From assembly GCA_951406725.2 (NCBI GenBank), contig OX597820.1, forward strand, positions 62,806,001-62,870,000: 64,000 bases of DNA. Reading direction: 5' to 3'. Origin of the DNA: Octopus vulgaris (taxonomy: Eukaryota). The position numbers and the translations under genes are program-made. Each line of letters starts with the position of its first letter. Positions within the stretch are counted from its first letter, which is position 1. Below are positions 26,326 through 40,929 of the stretch, in pieces. Below the pieces are notes generated by a model. It was not told where the DNA came from. It was given only the letters and a program-made list of their open reading frames with translations, and made no database searches.

Positions 26326-26994
26326 TATGTATATTTGTTTATATATATATATATATTTACATACATACGTACATATATACACATACTTACATGAATGCAT
26401 ATTCACAAACTGATGCATATGTACATCGTATGCTCATGAAATGGATATACATTTAAATAATTTAGAGTTTTATGTATATATTACATCATACTTTCAGATT
26501 TGAGTGTCCATGTCTATACGTGTTTGTATACGTGTGCGCGCGTGTGTTTCTGTGTGTGTGCATGTATGTGTGTGTGTATTCGGCTATACACACGCACGCA
26601 CGTATACATGTACATGCAAAATTTTATATACATGTGATCGCTACACTCGATATCATATACATCTTTACACATTGGAAGAATAACTAAAGAAAATTTAATG
26701 AAAAACTATAGTAATAATAATAAATGTTACAAGTAAATAGCATTGCCCAAATATAACAAATTTAAATGTATATACTGGGTGTTAAGGAAAAGTATATAAG
26801 TAACCAACATATACATTTATACATATCTACATACATAAATTTAAAAATATATAAATACATACACACACACATATATATATATATATATTAACACACATAT
26901 AGATGTGTATTTGTATGGGCGTATATATGTATATATATATGTGTGTGTGTGTATGTAAGTAACCTGTGTTTTTTTATATGTCGATTACTTTATT

Positions 26995-27047
<53 letters not shown>

Positions 27048-27734
27048 CATTATTATTATTATTATTATTTTTCGTTTTTTATGGTGTGTCTAAGAAAACT
27101 ATAGAACCGAAGCGATATTTCACAGAAAAAAAAAAAATGAAATTAATATTATTTCAAATAAATTTGAAATACAGAAAAATGACAGAGAAATTTTTGCATA
27201 AACACCTCCGAAGAAAAATATAGGTATTGGTCCTTATCAAAGATATTTTACAATTATCGCTATTGTTTAACAACCTCTGAGCGCTTCATTAGGAATATTA
27301 AGTAAGATGAATAGAATTGGTTGCCTATCCGTAATCTATGTTGAAATCTTTTGAAGTCCCGAATATTCTCGGTTCAAATCTCGCTTCCAACCATATTTTG
27401 TTTCTACAAATTTTAACTATATTTATGTTCATTCCTTCATGGACAATTACATATATCCACTTAAAGTACTTTGGTCGATATTATTGACATGTGCAACTAT
27501 TCAAATTGTCTAGCCTTCCGTTTCAATTTGAAATCATAAATCAATGTTAAAGACTATGTTTTAGAAATGTGTGCTGTAAATAGCGATCGTCTCATATATC
27601 TATCCTCTCTTTCCTTTTAAGCTTCTGTTTCGAATATAATATTATAGATATTTATGCTAGCCTTGCTTACAATCCCTCTTGTAGGTGACAGTCTAATACG
27701 TGCTGCGAGCTAACAATAGATGATATGTGAGTAC

Positions 27735-27913
27735 TCTTTTACTCGTTTTAGTTGTTTGAATGTGGCTATGCTGGAGCACCGCCTTTAGTCGAGCAAATCG
27801 ACCCCAGGACTTATTCTTTGTAAGGCTAGTAATTATTCTCTTTTGCCGACCACTAAGATATGGGAACGTAAACACACCATTATCGGTTGTTTAACGACAC
27901 ACAAACATATACA

Positions 27914-28010
<97 letters not shown>

Positions 28011-28165
28011 GACCGGCTTCTTTCAGTTTCCGTCTACCAAATCCACTCACAAGGCATTGGTTGGCCCGAGGCTACAGTAGAAGACACTTGCCCAAGGTCC
28101 CACGCAGTGGGACTAAACCGGGAACCATGTGGTTCGTAAGCAAGCTACTTACCATACAGCCACAT
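27735..28165 (-). mobile_element. SINE family A with internal (CA)n(TA)n
   Basis: Colinear with the other family A copies from tail to tRNA-like head. Confidence 0.88.
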
Positions 28166-29695
28166 CACTCGCAAATTAATCAGTATAGATTCCTTTAACT
28201 TAAAATTGGTGACCATTCAACATGGAGTTCATCAGTTGCAACACATGTAGTCACATAAAAAGCCTTTCCATGAAGTAGAGCGTGGCAATAGTGTGACTGG
28301 GGAACGAGAGTCAATTCGTGCTACGCCAAAACGTAACGGATAATTTGTGATGCATAACCAGATGTGTTGTGGTACAGTTTACAGTTTTGTCCATGCCCCA
28401 TTCCTCTCTCTCTATTTTACGGTAGAGGTAGAAAAAACTCGAAGTGGTCAATGTTAAAATACACTTTAAATACGTATGTGCATAATAATATGTTTGATTG
28501 ATCAGACCAGATCTAAGGCTATAAAATTACAATTACAACAGCATCTTCATTCTCAGTTTCGTCATCATCACTAAATTAATTAGGGTATTCCAGAAACCTA
28601 GAGCGATTACATGTCCATAGTTTCTTTTTTCATCGTCAACATTACTATAATTACTACAATATTCCCTTCCCTCTTTCTCCTTATCATTATCATCATAATC
28701 CTTTTGAAGCTCAAGTCTTCTTTCATTCCAACTGTATATTCCTCTATACGGTAAACGTAGAGAGTAAACACGTTCAACTCCAGCAAGAACAGCAACTACA
28801 AAGGCAACAATTTTTGTAATAAGAACAATAAAACCAGAAATAGTACACTAGTGAGCTTTCACTCGGTGGCTAAAGCTGCTAGAGCTGAATTTTTTAAGTT
28901 ACTCAATCCACACTTTTCTGTTTTTGAAAAGGAACGCTTCTCACAATGTATTCCTACATGCTGATCCGACCATGAATGACAGCTCTCTATGCATAGTCAA
29001 TGTGGCTTAACGAGTCAGAAATGCATGCGTCTTACGATCCCATGGCATCATTCATAGCCCAGTGGGTACTCGCCCATATGTTGTCTATAGGAAAAAATAT
29101 TCTCTCGAAACAACTTCCACAGCGTGTTTACTTTTGATGTCCGAATATACATGATAAATATAACTATATTTCATTAATCTATATAGTGCGGCTTTAATCA
29201 ATATCAACATATACACAAACATATATATATGCGCTCACGTGTGTGCGTGTGTTTGTTTGTCACTGTATCGATAAGAAGTCAGGGATACAAAAACATTGCT
29301 GACGAGTGGTGGTACCAGTGGAGATGATGTATGCTGGTAAACAACAACGCCGTATATCATTAGGAAAATAGTAATTAAATAATTCATCTATTGCGTCGAT
29401 CCCAGACTGAATAATAGCAGGCCGATGAGAGAGTCGGACCCAATACATGATTGATGCTATATGTTATCGACTGCAGTCAATGTCGCTCTCGGTGGTATTT
29501 GAACCAATCAGAAAAATACAGGAAATTAACTAAATACTACAAGGAATTGTGTCCAACATTTCATTGAAACAACCAAATGAAATAATGGCTGTAACTGAGA
29601 TTATTAAGAAATACCAAGTAAGTTGTTGATAAAAGTGTTATTGATGTTAAATAATATTAGTTAGTAGTTAATAATAATAACAATGATGATAATGG

Positions 29696-29731
<36 letters not shown>

Positions 29732-29734
29732 GAA

Positions 29735-30410
29735 AATTTGATTCAAGGCCTGAAATTTTGGGGAATTGGTCTAGTCGATAACATCACCCTCAGGGCTCCA
29801 TCGCTATTTATTTTATAGACCCCCGAAAGGATTAAATGCAAAGTTGCCCTCGGCAGAATTTGAACTCAGAACTTAAAGTTGGACGAATTGCCGTAAAGTG
29901 TTTCGTCTTGCATGTTAACAATTGTGCAGGCTTGTTGCTTCAACAACAATAATGATATTTTTTCTATTTCAAGCACAAGGCCTGAAATTTTGGGGCGGAG
30001 GATAATCGATGACATCGATACCAGTACTCGGCTGGTACTTATTCCATCTTCCTAGAAGACAAAAGACGCTGTCGATCTCTGTAGTACTTAATAAATGCTT
30101 TAGAATTTTGGCTCAAGGCCAGTAATTTTAGGTGAATGAGCAAGTTGGTTACATCGACCCCAGTATTTCATCGGTAATTATTTTATTGACGTCGTAATGA
30201 TCTAACGCAATATTGAAGTTAACGGAACTTGCAATCGAATAAGAATCATGTCACACGTTGGCACAGGACCAACATTATTTTAGGATCTGTTTTGTCAATT
30301 ATATCGGGTCCAGTTCTCCACAGGTACTTTATTTTAAAGATTCCAGACTGGAAGAATGAAAAGCAAAGTTAACCATAACAGATTTTGAATTATAAATCAA
30401 GAGTGAAAGC
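29735..30410 (-). mobile_element. Cluster of about four head-to-tail degenerate SINE family B copies
   Basis: Recurrent CAAGGCC.G.AATTTT...CATCGA...GGTACTTATT / GCAAAGT units starting near 29735, 29965, 30100 and 30255. Confidence 0.7.
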
Positions 30411-30944
30411 TACAAGACCAACCTTTAAACTCTCCTGCAAGCCTGCTGATCTAATAACCAGAACTTTCATAGGCACATGAGCAGAATTTTGTGTGAAGAC
30501 GAACAGTGAATTTTAGCGAACCACTACTGGAAAGAATGGTGGTGTAGAACGTGAACTCACAGTATAAAGATTCAAACAGAACTACACAAATGTTTTTTTT
30601 TTATTATCCAACGCGCTAAGGATTCAGAGAATCCAATAATAACAACAACAACAACAACAACAATGTTGATGATAATGATAATAATAATAATAATAATAAT
30701 AATCGATAGCGAGCGTGATCTTCAATTGTGTCAATGTCTCTTCCATATAATCGTTGTCACCATCACATCCAATAACATTATTATGATAACGTAAATATAA
30801 AAATGTCGCAAACATACACACAGACACGCCTTTAAATACATAGATATACATACATGCACAAACACACATTCACAAATACGTATACATGCATATACATTTT
30901 ACAGGATTCAGTCATCATGTGTGTGTACCTATGTATATGTGTCG

Positions 30945-30993
<49 letters not shown>

Positions 30994-31488
30994 CATATAT
31001 ATGCTCACATATAAATGAGTGTATGCGTGTATGTATATATATAAATGTGAGTGCGTTTATGTATATATATAAATGTGTGCATGAATGTATTCTGTGTACA
31101 GATGGCAGATTGTTATAAAAAATAGAAAATTATCTGGTGAAGTAAAAAATTAGAATTTGAAAAGTGAAAGTTATAAAAAAATTTCTAAAATCGTGAAATG
31201 ACAGATTGAGCGGAAAAATAAGAAATCCAAAGTAAACATGACACAATGAAAATCAATATATGTGACTTGAAGATCCTGAGAAGATGCGATGGTGTATATG
31301 TTTTATATTATGTGTTATATGGTTTGAATAATGCCGTGTTGTTTCCTTAGTCGGTGCATAAATATATATATATATGTACATACATTTATACCAACCTACA
31401 TACATTCACACATATGCACACCAAACTTTTTTTCATTTCAACTAGAAAATACTCAATTCTAGAATATAATTCTTTATCTATAACATTT

Positions 31489-31567
<79 letters not shown>

Positions 31568-31680
31568 CATATATATGTGTGTGTGTGTGTGTGTGTATAT
31601 ATACATATATATGTGCACATGCATGTATATATATGTATATATATACATATGCATGTATATATATATATATATATATATAT

Positions 31681-32443
31681 ATGGCGTCCAACAACATCAG
31701 AGACTTGGGAGTAACTGTGGACAACAACATAATCTGGGCTACACATATAAGCAGCAAAGTTGACATTGCCCGCAGAATGTGTTCTTGGATTCTCAAACCT
31801 TCCAGTCGAGAGATTCCCACACCATTATCCTTCTCTTCTCCACTTTTGCCTGACCCCACCTTGTATACTGCTGTCCACTGTGGTCTCCCTACACGAAACA
31901 AAATATTATGAGAATTGAAGCTCCCCAAATGTCAATCACCAAAAAGATAGATGGCATGTCAGATCTCGACTACTGGGGTCGACTAGAATAGCTGAAACTG
32001 TATTCACTCAAACGACGCCGTGAACGCTACATTATCTGTATGATGTGGAAAATATTCCATCAGCACTGTCCAAATGATGTTGGAATCACCTTTAAAATAC
32101 ATCCAAGACTTGGGCCCCGTGTCATCCGTCCACAGCAAAAATCTAAATCGCATTTCACAACTACAACACGGCACAATTATTTCACCTCGATTGGACCCGT
32201 TCTCTCCAACATTACACCAGGACACGTCAAAATAGAAACTGACTACACAAAATTCAAGAAGTCTTTAGACAAATTCCTTCAAACAGTCCCGGAAAAACCA
32301 CCCACACACAGATATGTCTCCACAAACAATAACTCTCTGTTCGAATGGGCCTTGGTGCTCAAATCCTGAATTGAAAGGCTTCGCCAGGTGGTGCTATTAA
32401 TTTAGACATGGCCTGGGCCAATACTGGCAAAAACTTTTCTAAG

Positions 32444-32445
<2 letters not shown>
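31681..32445 (+). mobile_element. 5'-truncated CR1/L2-group LINE (RT C-terminus and 3' UTR), decayed
   Basis: IRDLGVTVD...[35 protein letters not shown] and FKKSLDKFLQTVPEKP are paralogous to the 54687-57052 ORF. Flanked by (TA)n on both sides. Confidence 0.88.
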
Positions 32446-32482
<37 letters not shown>

Positions 32483-32729
32483 TAGATAGATTGATAGATA
32501 GACAGATACAGATATATAATAAATATTATCATAGATACGTATTATGATATTTTAATTTTCTAAAGCAATATTTTTCTGATTTTCTTTTCCTTATATCACT
32601 GATGTTCTAATCACATCAAATCCATCTTTGACATTTCCCCTTCAAGAGATGGTAAATTAATTAGTAGTCCGTTTGTTTAAGTACATAAACGGAATTTTCG
32701 TGCCAATAATTATCTTATTTTATGAAATA

Positions 32730-33185
32730 GCAAGGTTGAGTGCTGGCAGAACCCTTAGCACGCCAGCCAAATTTTTTTAATGCATTTCATCCGTTTACAC
32801 TCTGAGTTGAAATTCCGTTGAGGTCAACTTTGCCTTTCACGATTTCGGGGTCGCTAAAATAAGTACCAGTTGAGTTCTGGGGTCTATGATATCGACTTTT
32901 TTCTCCCTCAAAATTGCTGGCCTTGAACCAAAATTTGAAATCAATAATTATCTTCTTTTATGGAAAAGCAAGGTGGCGAGCTTGCACAATCTTTAACATG
33001 CCTTATACAATGCATAGTGTTATTTTGTCCATCATTACATTCTGTCTTCAAATTCCACAGATTCTACTTTGCCTCTCCTCCTTTGGGGTGATTAAAGAAA
33101 ACACCAATTGAGTACTGGGGTCGATGTAATGAATTTAGCCCCGTATTCTAAGATATCAGGCTTTGTACCTATAGCAGAAAAATAT
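32730..33185 (+). mobile_element. Two tandem SINE family B copies
   Basis: CTGGCAGAA...GAGGTCAACTTTGCCTTTCACGATTTCGGGGTCGCTAAAATAAGTACCAG; second copy from AAGGTGGCGAGCTTGCAC near 32970. Confidence 0.75.
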
Positions 33186-36084
33186 TTCATAGGATGCCAA
33201 ACTATCGAGCTCCTACAAGCATTACAGAATAGGCAGTTTTGAAATCCTGTTTCTACATGTGAAAAGTGGGGAAAAAAATACTTGAATAACTGAAGATCAA
33301 CCATCAACCTCTACAAAGGTGAAACCGAGTTTTACTTTCGAAAACACATATTTTATGCACCTTTATATATTCATAAAGTGTAAACATTTTTTATAAAACA
33401 AGTAACTTCTACCATTTTCTAGCGTTAACTACATTGCTTTGTTTTATATTTTTGTCATTTTTGCAGATTGCTTGCTCTTAATACGCTTATAGACTGTAAT
33501 AATGGATTTCTTTCATTTAATAATTCACGAAATCCTGCAGGAAGGAAATTCATATATATATATATAGGTAAGTAGGTAATTCTACGTGTAATGTATGCCT
33601 TTATGCACGAAGGCACAGCAGAAATACACACACACATACACACTCATATTTATATGCAGGCTGTATGCATTGACACACACACACACATATATATATGCAT
33701 ATATATATACATATACATATTCATATATATATACACACACACATATATATATATATACGCATGTATATACATATATACATATATATATTCACATATATAT
33801 ATATACACACATATGTATATACACGTGTATATACACACACATACACACACACACACACACATATATATATATTCACACAGGAATATAGATTAGTAAATAG
33901 GTAGTTATAATTCATCACCGATATTACTTAATCTCTTTACTATTTTAATTTGTAGTTTGCAAAATTAATATCTCTCGCCTACTTCTAGTGGAGTGCTGAG
34001 TAGAAATAGAACTGTCCATGCGGATCACAGGCTATAGACATCAAAGAAACTAGTAACGCAATTACTTGTAACATGCATTTCAATGTAATTCGAAGGGTAT
34101 GAGTTCTATTTCCACTTGGATGGATGGCTAGCTATTATCATATTTCTTTCTTTGAGTTTGTCTAATTATGAAGTCTCTTTCTCACATCGCCGTGTCCATT
34201 GCCAACCATAAATTTCACTCTTGCTGCCTCAGTGCACCTTGTTATAAATTCTTAATCTAGAACGCCTGTGCATGGAGATAGAGATATTGTAAAGCATTCA
34301 ACTTCATACTCACATTCAATTAACATTTGCTGTTGTTGTTCTTTTAGTGGTTTAACTCTAGTTCTGCCTTGATCGGGGGAATTTATGTTGAAAGATGCAT
34401 GTCTGTCTATTTTTAAAATATTACAGTGTGGCTTGATGAAGATTTGGTTGCTCGCTTTGGCTGCTCAGTGAGGCAAATTCAGGAAGCTTCCCCGTTTGTT
34501 GACTGTAACTGCGAGTGCTGTTGTAGTAGTTATTTCGCCCCAAGACAAACTATTATTGAAGGGCTCTAGCCGTTGCCAAGCTGTTTTCTTTTAATAGATA
34601 TACAGATCAACATGAGATATATTTTCTCTTACCATCAAATAAGATCCCAGACTGCAGATCTTATTGCCGTTTTAGAATTAGAATCGGGCAACTGGTTTCT
34701 TCGTCCTTTCGAATTATGAGGATGTTCTTACCTATTCCTTCTTAATTGCCGAACATTAGTTTTAGAAAGCTTCTTGAGAAATATATATACCAAAGTTTTT
34801 GACACAACTTATTTATGAAATGTCGCAAAATTGATGGTCTGACATTTCTAGAGGAAAAAAAGTGCGTGGAATATCATTATCAGATATCTCCGCATTCATA
34901 TCTATGTAATGATCGGAGGTGATGGAGATGTTATTGTTGTTGGAGGAGATGATAATGATGATGATGGTAGTAGTGGTGACGCTGCTGCTGCTGATGGTAA
35001 TGCTGGAGATGGCATCTTGAATAACAATTACTGGGCGTCAGGTAGGATATCGCCATATCGGCACACACACACACACACACAAAATCATTATTGACCGTGG
35101 CTAGCATACTAATCTATAATGGAGGCAATATGAAGGAGAAAAAAATATTGACTTTAATTAATGGTGTAGGTGATATTTGTACTGATGATGTGATTATCGA
35201 TAAAAATTATTAACAGTAATTATGGATTTTCAACATAAACATCACGCTACATATTTAGAAAAGGGAACGGTCCATTACATCACTTATTTAAGTAATTGAC
35301 TCTTACTTTATTTTATTGATAACGGAAGTTTGAAAGTCAAATCGATTTTTGGCAAGATTTTAACTCACTATGTAGCACAACGCAATGAAAGACCGTAAGT
35401 TATTTGATCCCCCGCTCAATATATCTTATTCTAAGCTTTTGATTTTTAATTGAGAATAAATCTGCAAATGCTTTATATTGTCTGTAGAATGACAGCCGGT
35501 TAAATCAATTACATTACTTGACTGTTAATTAAATCATCGCTTCCTCGTCCCCCCACCCCACACACAAAGAAAAAAGAATCGATGAAATGAATATCGATTA
35601 AACCAGGATTAAAATTCCGAAGGTAAAGCCATGCAACTAAATACAAGTAAGAGGGTGATGTGGTCGAGGAATAGAGTGGCTTGCAAATTTTAGCCTTCTT
35701 TGCTTGATTGTTTGCCTGATGAGGAGTAAAGATCCATATAGTGACTGTTTTTTTAAATATATAGTGGACATACGAGGTCTGAGTGTGAATGATTCTCCGT
35801 CAGGAGTACACACGAATGTGCTGTAGAAATCGCTTTTCTCAGAGTTGGCACGCGCAGCATTGTATTGTACAACCTAAAGAGAAATTTGCTCTCGAGTTGG
35901 AGTCGGCGTCCACTGGTGATATAGTGTAGACTAAGATTGAAACAAAATAGCGAAATTTATATAATCCGTTAACTCGAATCAACTTTTAATTTAAGATCTT
36001 TCACGACTAACTTACAAATCCGATGTATATTTTGTGTTGAGGGTACAACAATTCAACTCAACTGGCATGTATTGTGTCAACCGT

Positions 36085-36448
36085 GGAGGCGCAATGGTCC
36101 AGTGGATAGGACAGCGGACTCGAAGTCGTGGGATCACGGCTTCGATTCCCAGACCGGGCGTTGTGAGTGTTTATTGAGCGAAAACACCTAAAGATTCACA
36201 AGGCTCCGGCAAGGGGTGGTGACGAACTCTGCTGTACTCTTTCCCCACAACTTTCTTTCACTCTTTCTTCCTATTTCTGTTGTACCTGTATTTCAAAGGG
36301 CCACTGTTACGCTGTATCTCCTCGAGAACTACGTTAAGAGTACACGTATCTGTGGAGTGCTCAGGCACGTACACGTTAATTTCACAAACAGGCTGTTCCT
36401 TTGATCAAATCAACTGGAACCCTCGTCGTCGTAACCGACGGAGTGCCA
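36085..36448 (+). mobile_element. tRNA-derived SINE family E (resembles octopus OR-type SINEs)
   Basis: GGAGGCGCAATGGTCCAGTGG (A box), GCTTCGATTCCC (B box), TGTTTATTGAGCGAAAACAC; ends CGTCGTAACCGACGGAGTGCC. Family name is from memory. Confidence 0.75.
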
Positions 36449-36644
36449 TAATTGTGTCAACCACAGGAGACTGAATCACAAAGTAATCCGAGGTGGTATT
36501 TGAACCTAGGACAGACATGAGGGTAACTCTCTGCTTCAAGCTAATTAGACAGCTGCCCTATGTATTGTATCACTCTACTGGTGTTGTTAAGAAAATATGT
36601 TGGTATTTCATCACGATTTAGAATTGTTTACACTTTGTTATATA

Positions 36645-36820
36645 TTGGTTTCAAATGTTTATAGAAACCCAGCAATTCTAGGGGAGCAGGAAGTCGATTA
36701 CATCGATCACAGTATTCACCTGGTACTTATTTTATCCACACTTAAATAAGAAAAGGCAAAGTCGACAAATGTGAAATTTGAACTTAGAACGTAAACACAG
36801 GCGAAATTCTGCTAAGTTGA
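36645..36820 (-). mobile_element. SINE family B
   Basis: GTCGATTACATCGA...TGGTACTTATTTTATC...AAAGGCAAAGTCGAC...ATTTGAACTTAGAACGTAA. Confidence 0.75.
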
Positions 36821-37366
36821 ATCGGTGTCAATGTTTCGAATAACTCGTGAGTTTATGGTTGCTCAATAAAGTCTACCAAAAACAGAAAATAAAAGCAAAA
36901 GTAAAAGAAAAGAAGAGGGTAGTTGCGAAATGAAGGATTGTGATTAAGGACTCTAAAACTTCACTGTACTCTAGTACTTTACTGTGCTAAAGTTTCTTTG
37001 ATTCCTGATCCCCAGATGGAAGAACACCTTAGTCAATGACGGTAGGGTTGAAACTTAAGACGTAAAAGAAACACAATTAAATAATGACTGAGATAAGATA
37101 AGTAATTTCTGATTTTTTATTATTTTCTTTCTATTTGTATTACAATATCACGTTGTACTATTGCATCCGCTTTGGGAGTAAATATCGACGTAGTTGCTGC
37201 TGAAGTTGATAGTGTGTGAAACATAGCCAGTTGGCAGGTAACTTTTTCTTCAAGAAATTTGTCCACAACTTTGACCCGTTTGTGATTGAGGTTGCTAATA
37301 AAATATATGGATAATGTTTGGTGCTTTCACAGTTAATATTCTTTTCTTCTCTGTTTGGATTCAATT

Positions 37367-37670
37367 CTTTTACTTGCTTCAGTCATCTGACAGCGGCAAT
37401 CCTGGAGCAACTTCTTTAGTTGAATAAGTCGACCCCATGATTTAAGTACTTATTGTATCGGCCTATTTTGCCGAACCGCTAATTTACGGGGACGTAAAGA
37501 CACCACCATCGGTTGTCAAGCGATGGTGGGGGATAAACACAGACCCACACACAAATACATAATACAAACATATATATATAAGACGGGCTTCTTTCAGTTT
37601 CCATCTATCTAATCAACTCACAAGGCTTTGGTCGGCTCGAGGATATAGTAGAAGACACTTGACCAAGGTA
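37367..37670 (-). mobile_element. SINE family A, 5'-truncated
   Basis: GCCGAACCGCTAATTTACGGGGACGTAAA...GACGGGCTTCTTTCAGTTTCC...GTAGAAGACACTTG. Confidence 0.85.
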
Positions 37671-38429
37671 GTGAATATTTTAAAAACATATTTTGTATCT
37701 CACAGTAAAAAATGTTGTAAATATTACTTATTACGAAATATTTTGTCTCAGTTACCTATTCTGACGTTATTTATTATTCTCCGGTTATTAATTATTCCAA
37801 GATGTCACAGATATCCAAGTAAGCTATTTATGTTAGTGACGAAATGCTAAAATTTTTCTGGTATATTGGTGTTTACAATTTTTACAAAATTCCACTATAG
37901 TTCTATCAATATATCTGTCATTTATTATATGTCTACAATAATACATATTTCTACTATCTTTCAAAGAGTTCATATTTCACGTCATATTTTTATTGTTATA
38001 ATATTTCTATCGCATTCCGTATACCAATTTACCTATTCCTTTTTTGTAGTTCTATAGATATTTCAGATAATTCAGCGGGGAAATGTCTGGGCAGAAGTAA
38101 GCATCAACTCATCAGTCTAATGAAGCCTCATAGTCACGTCCTTCCAACTATTTTTATGGCTTTGTCGGAGGAGAGATAGCAACGTTTACGACTCTTCGTG
38201 GCCTTTGTGGTGGGTTAGAGGAACGGAAGTCGGTTTGCTCATACTGAAGACATGGTACAAATATTTGCGAGAAAGTAGATACTATTAAACGGTTATTGAA
38301 AATATAGCAGATTAAATAAAACAATTTATGAAATATCACTGATGATTCTTCTCCGATTAGAATGTTGAACGACTACATAGATACTCCTTTCTTTGGTTGA
38401 TGTTGTTTTAGTGGTGAATTTAAATATGG

Positions 38430-38615
38430 GGAGAGTTTACGAAAAAAGCAAAAGACGAAGATAGGTGTTGTACAAAACTAACAGATGTATTAGTATAACG
38501 CTCAGGAATAGAAGAAGTCTTATACTTTCGAGCCTACGCTCTTCTACAGAAAGGGACGCAGAAAAAGAAACAAGGAGAGAAAAATGTGTGTAGTGGCTAA
38601 CAATATATCATGGCA
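38430..38615 (-). mobile_element. Probable Penelope-like terminal-repeat remnant with degenerate hammerhead (38516-38553)
   Basis: Minus strand reads CUUU CUGUAGA A GAGC GUAG GCUC GAAA GUAUAAGA. Same layout and downstream CCT.AGCGT..TA.TAC motif as 47836-48020; core position A6 is changed. Confidence 0.5.
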
Positions 38616-39042
38616 ACTCGTGTGGGTCTTTAGTTGTGGAATTTCACAGGGCTTCCACGTTGTTTTCATCAAGATGTTTGAATAACACCGGATTTGGTTG
38701 ACCAGAGTTTATTGAAGAATCCTGAGTTTATTGAAGAGTCTATCAGCAACATTAATTAACTGTTATTTCATTCAGGAGAAAATGTTTGAGCATTATTCTT
38801 TCTTAAGATTTTAATATGATTTCAACAAATTTGAACACGCAACGTTCAGAACACTCAATTCAGACCATTTTAACGATTCTACCATATAAGAAAATTTCTA
38901 TCGTATTTTTACCCCTAGTACAAGTACGCTTAATCAGTGACCAATGATACCTTTTGCAATATTTTGCAGTTCAATCCTAAGTTTAACCAGCAATAAATTT
39001 AATTTGACTTTCAAATTATAGATTTATTAATAAACACAATAT

Positions 39043-39078
<36 letters not shown>

Positions 39079-39974
39079 ATAACAATATGTATACATGTAT
39101 GTGTGTGTGTAGATGCGTGTATATTTGTAAGTATTTGTGTATGCGCTCTATTTATTATTTCAGTTGTCGTAGTAGCTCTTGTTGAAGATGCAGTGGTAGT
39201 GATAGTCGTAGTGGTAGTAGTCGTAGTAGTAGAATTAGTAGTATTCGCAGTAGTAGTAGTAGTAGTAGTAGTAGTTGTGGTAGTAGTAGTAGTAGTAATG
39301 GTTGTTGGTTTTGTTATTGTAAATATTAATGTCGTGTCTGGCTTATTTTTTCCCCTTCTTTTGATCTCTATGTCAATATACAATAAAATATGATTAAATA
39401 AGTAATGTTTAGGATATTGGTTTTATTTTTATGTGTTTCGTCTTAAGTTGTTTCTGTCGTTGACGATGTTGATTTTAGCCTTGCTGTTGTTGTTGTTGTT
39501 ATTTTTGTTGGGTGTTCATGTTGATGTTATTGTTTCTGTTGTTGTTTCGCTGCGTATACGGTTACTGCAGTGACATTTTTTATTTCTGTTTTCCTCTTTC
39601 TTTCTCACTCTCTCCCCTTCTTTCTTTCTTTCTTCTTTCTTTCTTTCTTTCTTTCTTTTCTTTCTTTCTTTCGTCAAGAGAGTAAAGAAAGAAGGTGCAA
39701 CACAGAGAAGAAGAAAAAGGAGAGGGTGATCAGAATACTTTCATGTAATAATTTCCTTCAAAATTGAATAAAATGTCTTATGAATGAATATATTCTCTCT
39801 TAAGATTTTAATATGATTTTAACAAATTGAAAACTCACTTTACAAACCAACTGAAATTCTAGGAAATATGAAAATATGAAATATGGGATATGAGACACGA
39901 AATAAGAGACTATATTCTAGGAAATTTATTATTAATATAATATTATTGCAGGTGTTGTTGTTGTTATTCTTGTT

Positions 39975-40007
39975 ATCATCATCATCATCATCGAATTATT
40001 ATTATTA

Positions 40008-40092
<85 letters not shown>

Positions 40093-40115
40093 CATCATCA
40101 TCATCATTATTATTA
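39975..40115. repeat. (TAT)n/(CAT)n microsatellite
   Basis: Direct reading. Confidence 0.97.
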
Positions 40116-40929
40116 CCGATACTGACAACTCTTGACTAAGTCAAATGTGCTGGTCTGGTTTCTTTAAATTCGGGAGAAACATTTTACAGCTTAGCAGATA
40201 ATGTTGGCTTTTCTCATCCAAAATTATATGAGTTCAATTCCTTGTAATAAATCGTTTCTAGAAGAAATTTAGTTGGGGTAATAGGACATTTTGATAATAG
40301 TCACGTATGTATTGCTAATGTTATTTTATGACTGTATCAAATATTTTCATATTTTACTAAATCCTGTGTAATTTTTGTGTTTATATCTCAAGATATACAA
40401 ACATGAACGTGTGGTGTTGGGGACTTGTACAGATATATTAAATCAGGAATTGCAAGTTCTAAAGTCATAGAAATGGAGTTCTACGATACCTCCTCATTAC
40501 ACTTCAATGTTTCTCTTTATGTCAAGTAGGTTTTGATCCGTTAAGTTTCTGTAATCAACTCGATTTTTACAGGGGCTGATGATTAGTCATCCATCAATCC
40601 TGGAGGATCTTTCTGAGATATCTATTACTCCTTTAGTTTAGCTAGCGTCCAACCTCTAGCGAGTAGACTACGTGTTCGCTTCCGTGAGGTAGTCCTTCCA
40701 TAGATTTGGTTAAACGGTACCTTTGTAGCGTGGTTGGACCTTCAAGGACATACGCCCCGCTGCCATTACTACCGGAGAACAATTGCCACTGTTACACCAC
40801 TATGTCATTATGAAGTAGGTTTCCACTAAATCTTGTCTGAAACGCTGTTCATAGACCTTGTATGTATACATATACACGGAAATGATGCAGATTTGTACAA
40901 AAAACAAAGTAAGGCACTAATATATAATG

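Noticed and set aside
33287-33334. CUGAAGA...GAAACCGAGUU hammerhead-like string
   Set aside because: Helix I is only 3 A-U pairs and helix II lacks a closing pair; compatible with chance.
35716-35805. CTGATGAG as a hammerhead core
   Set aside because: No GAAA or helix III follows; it pairs with CTCCGTCAGG as a plain stem.
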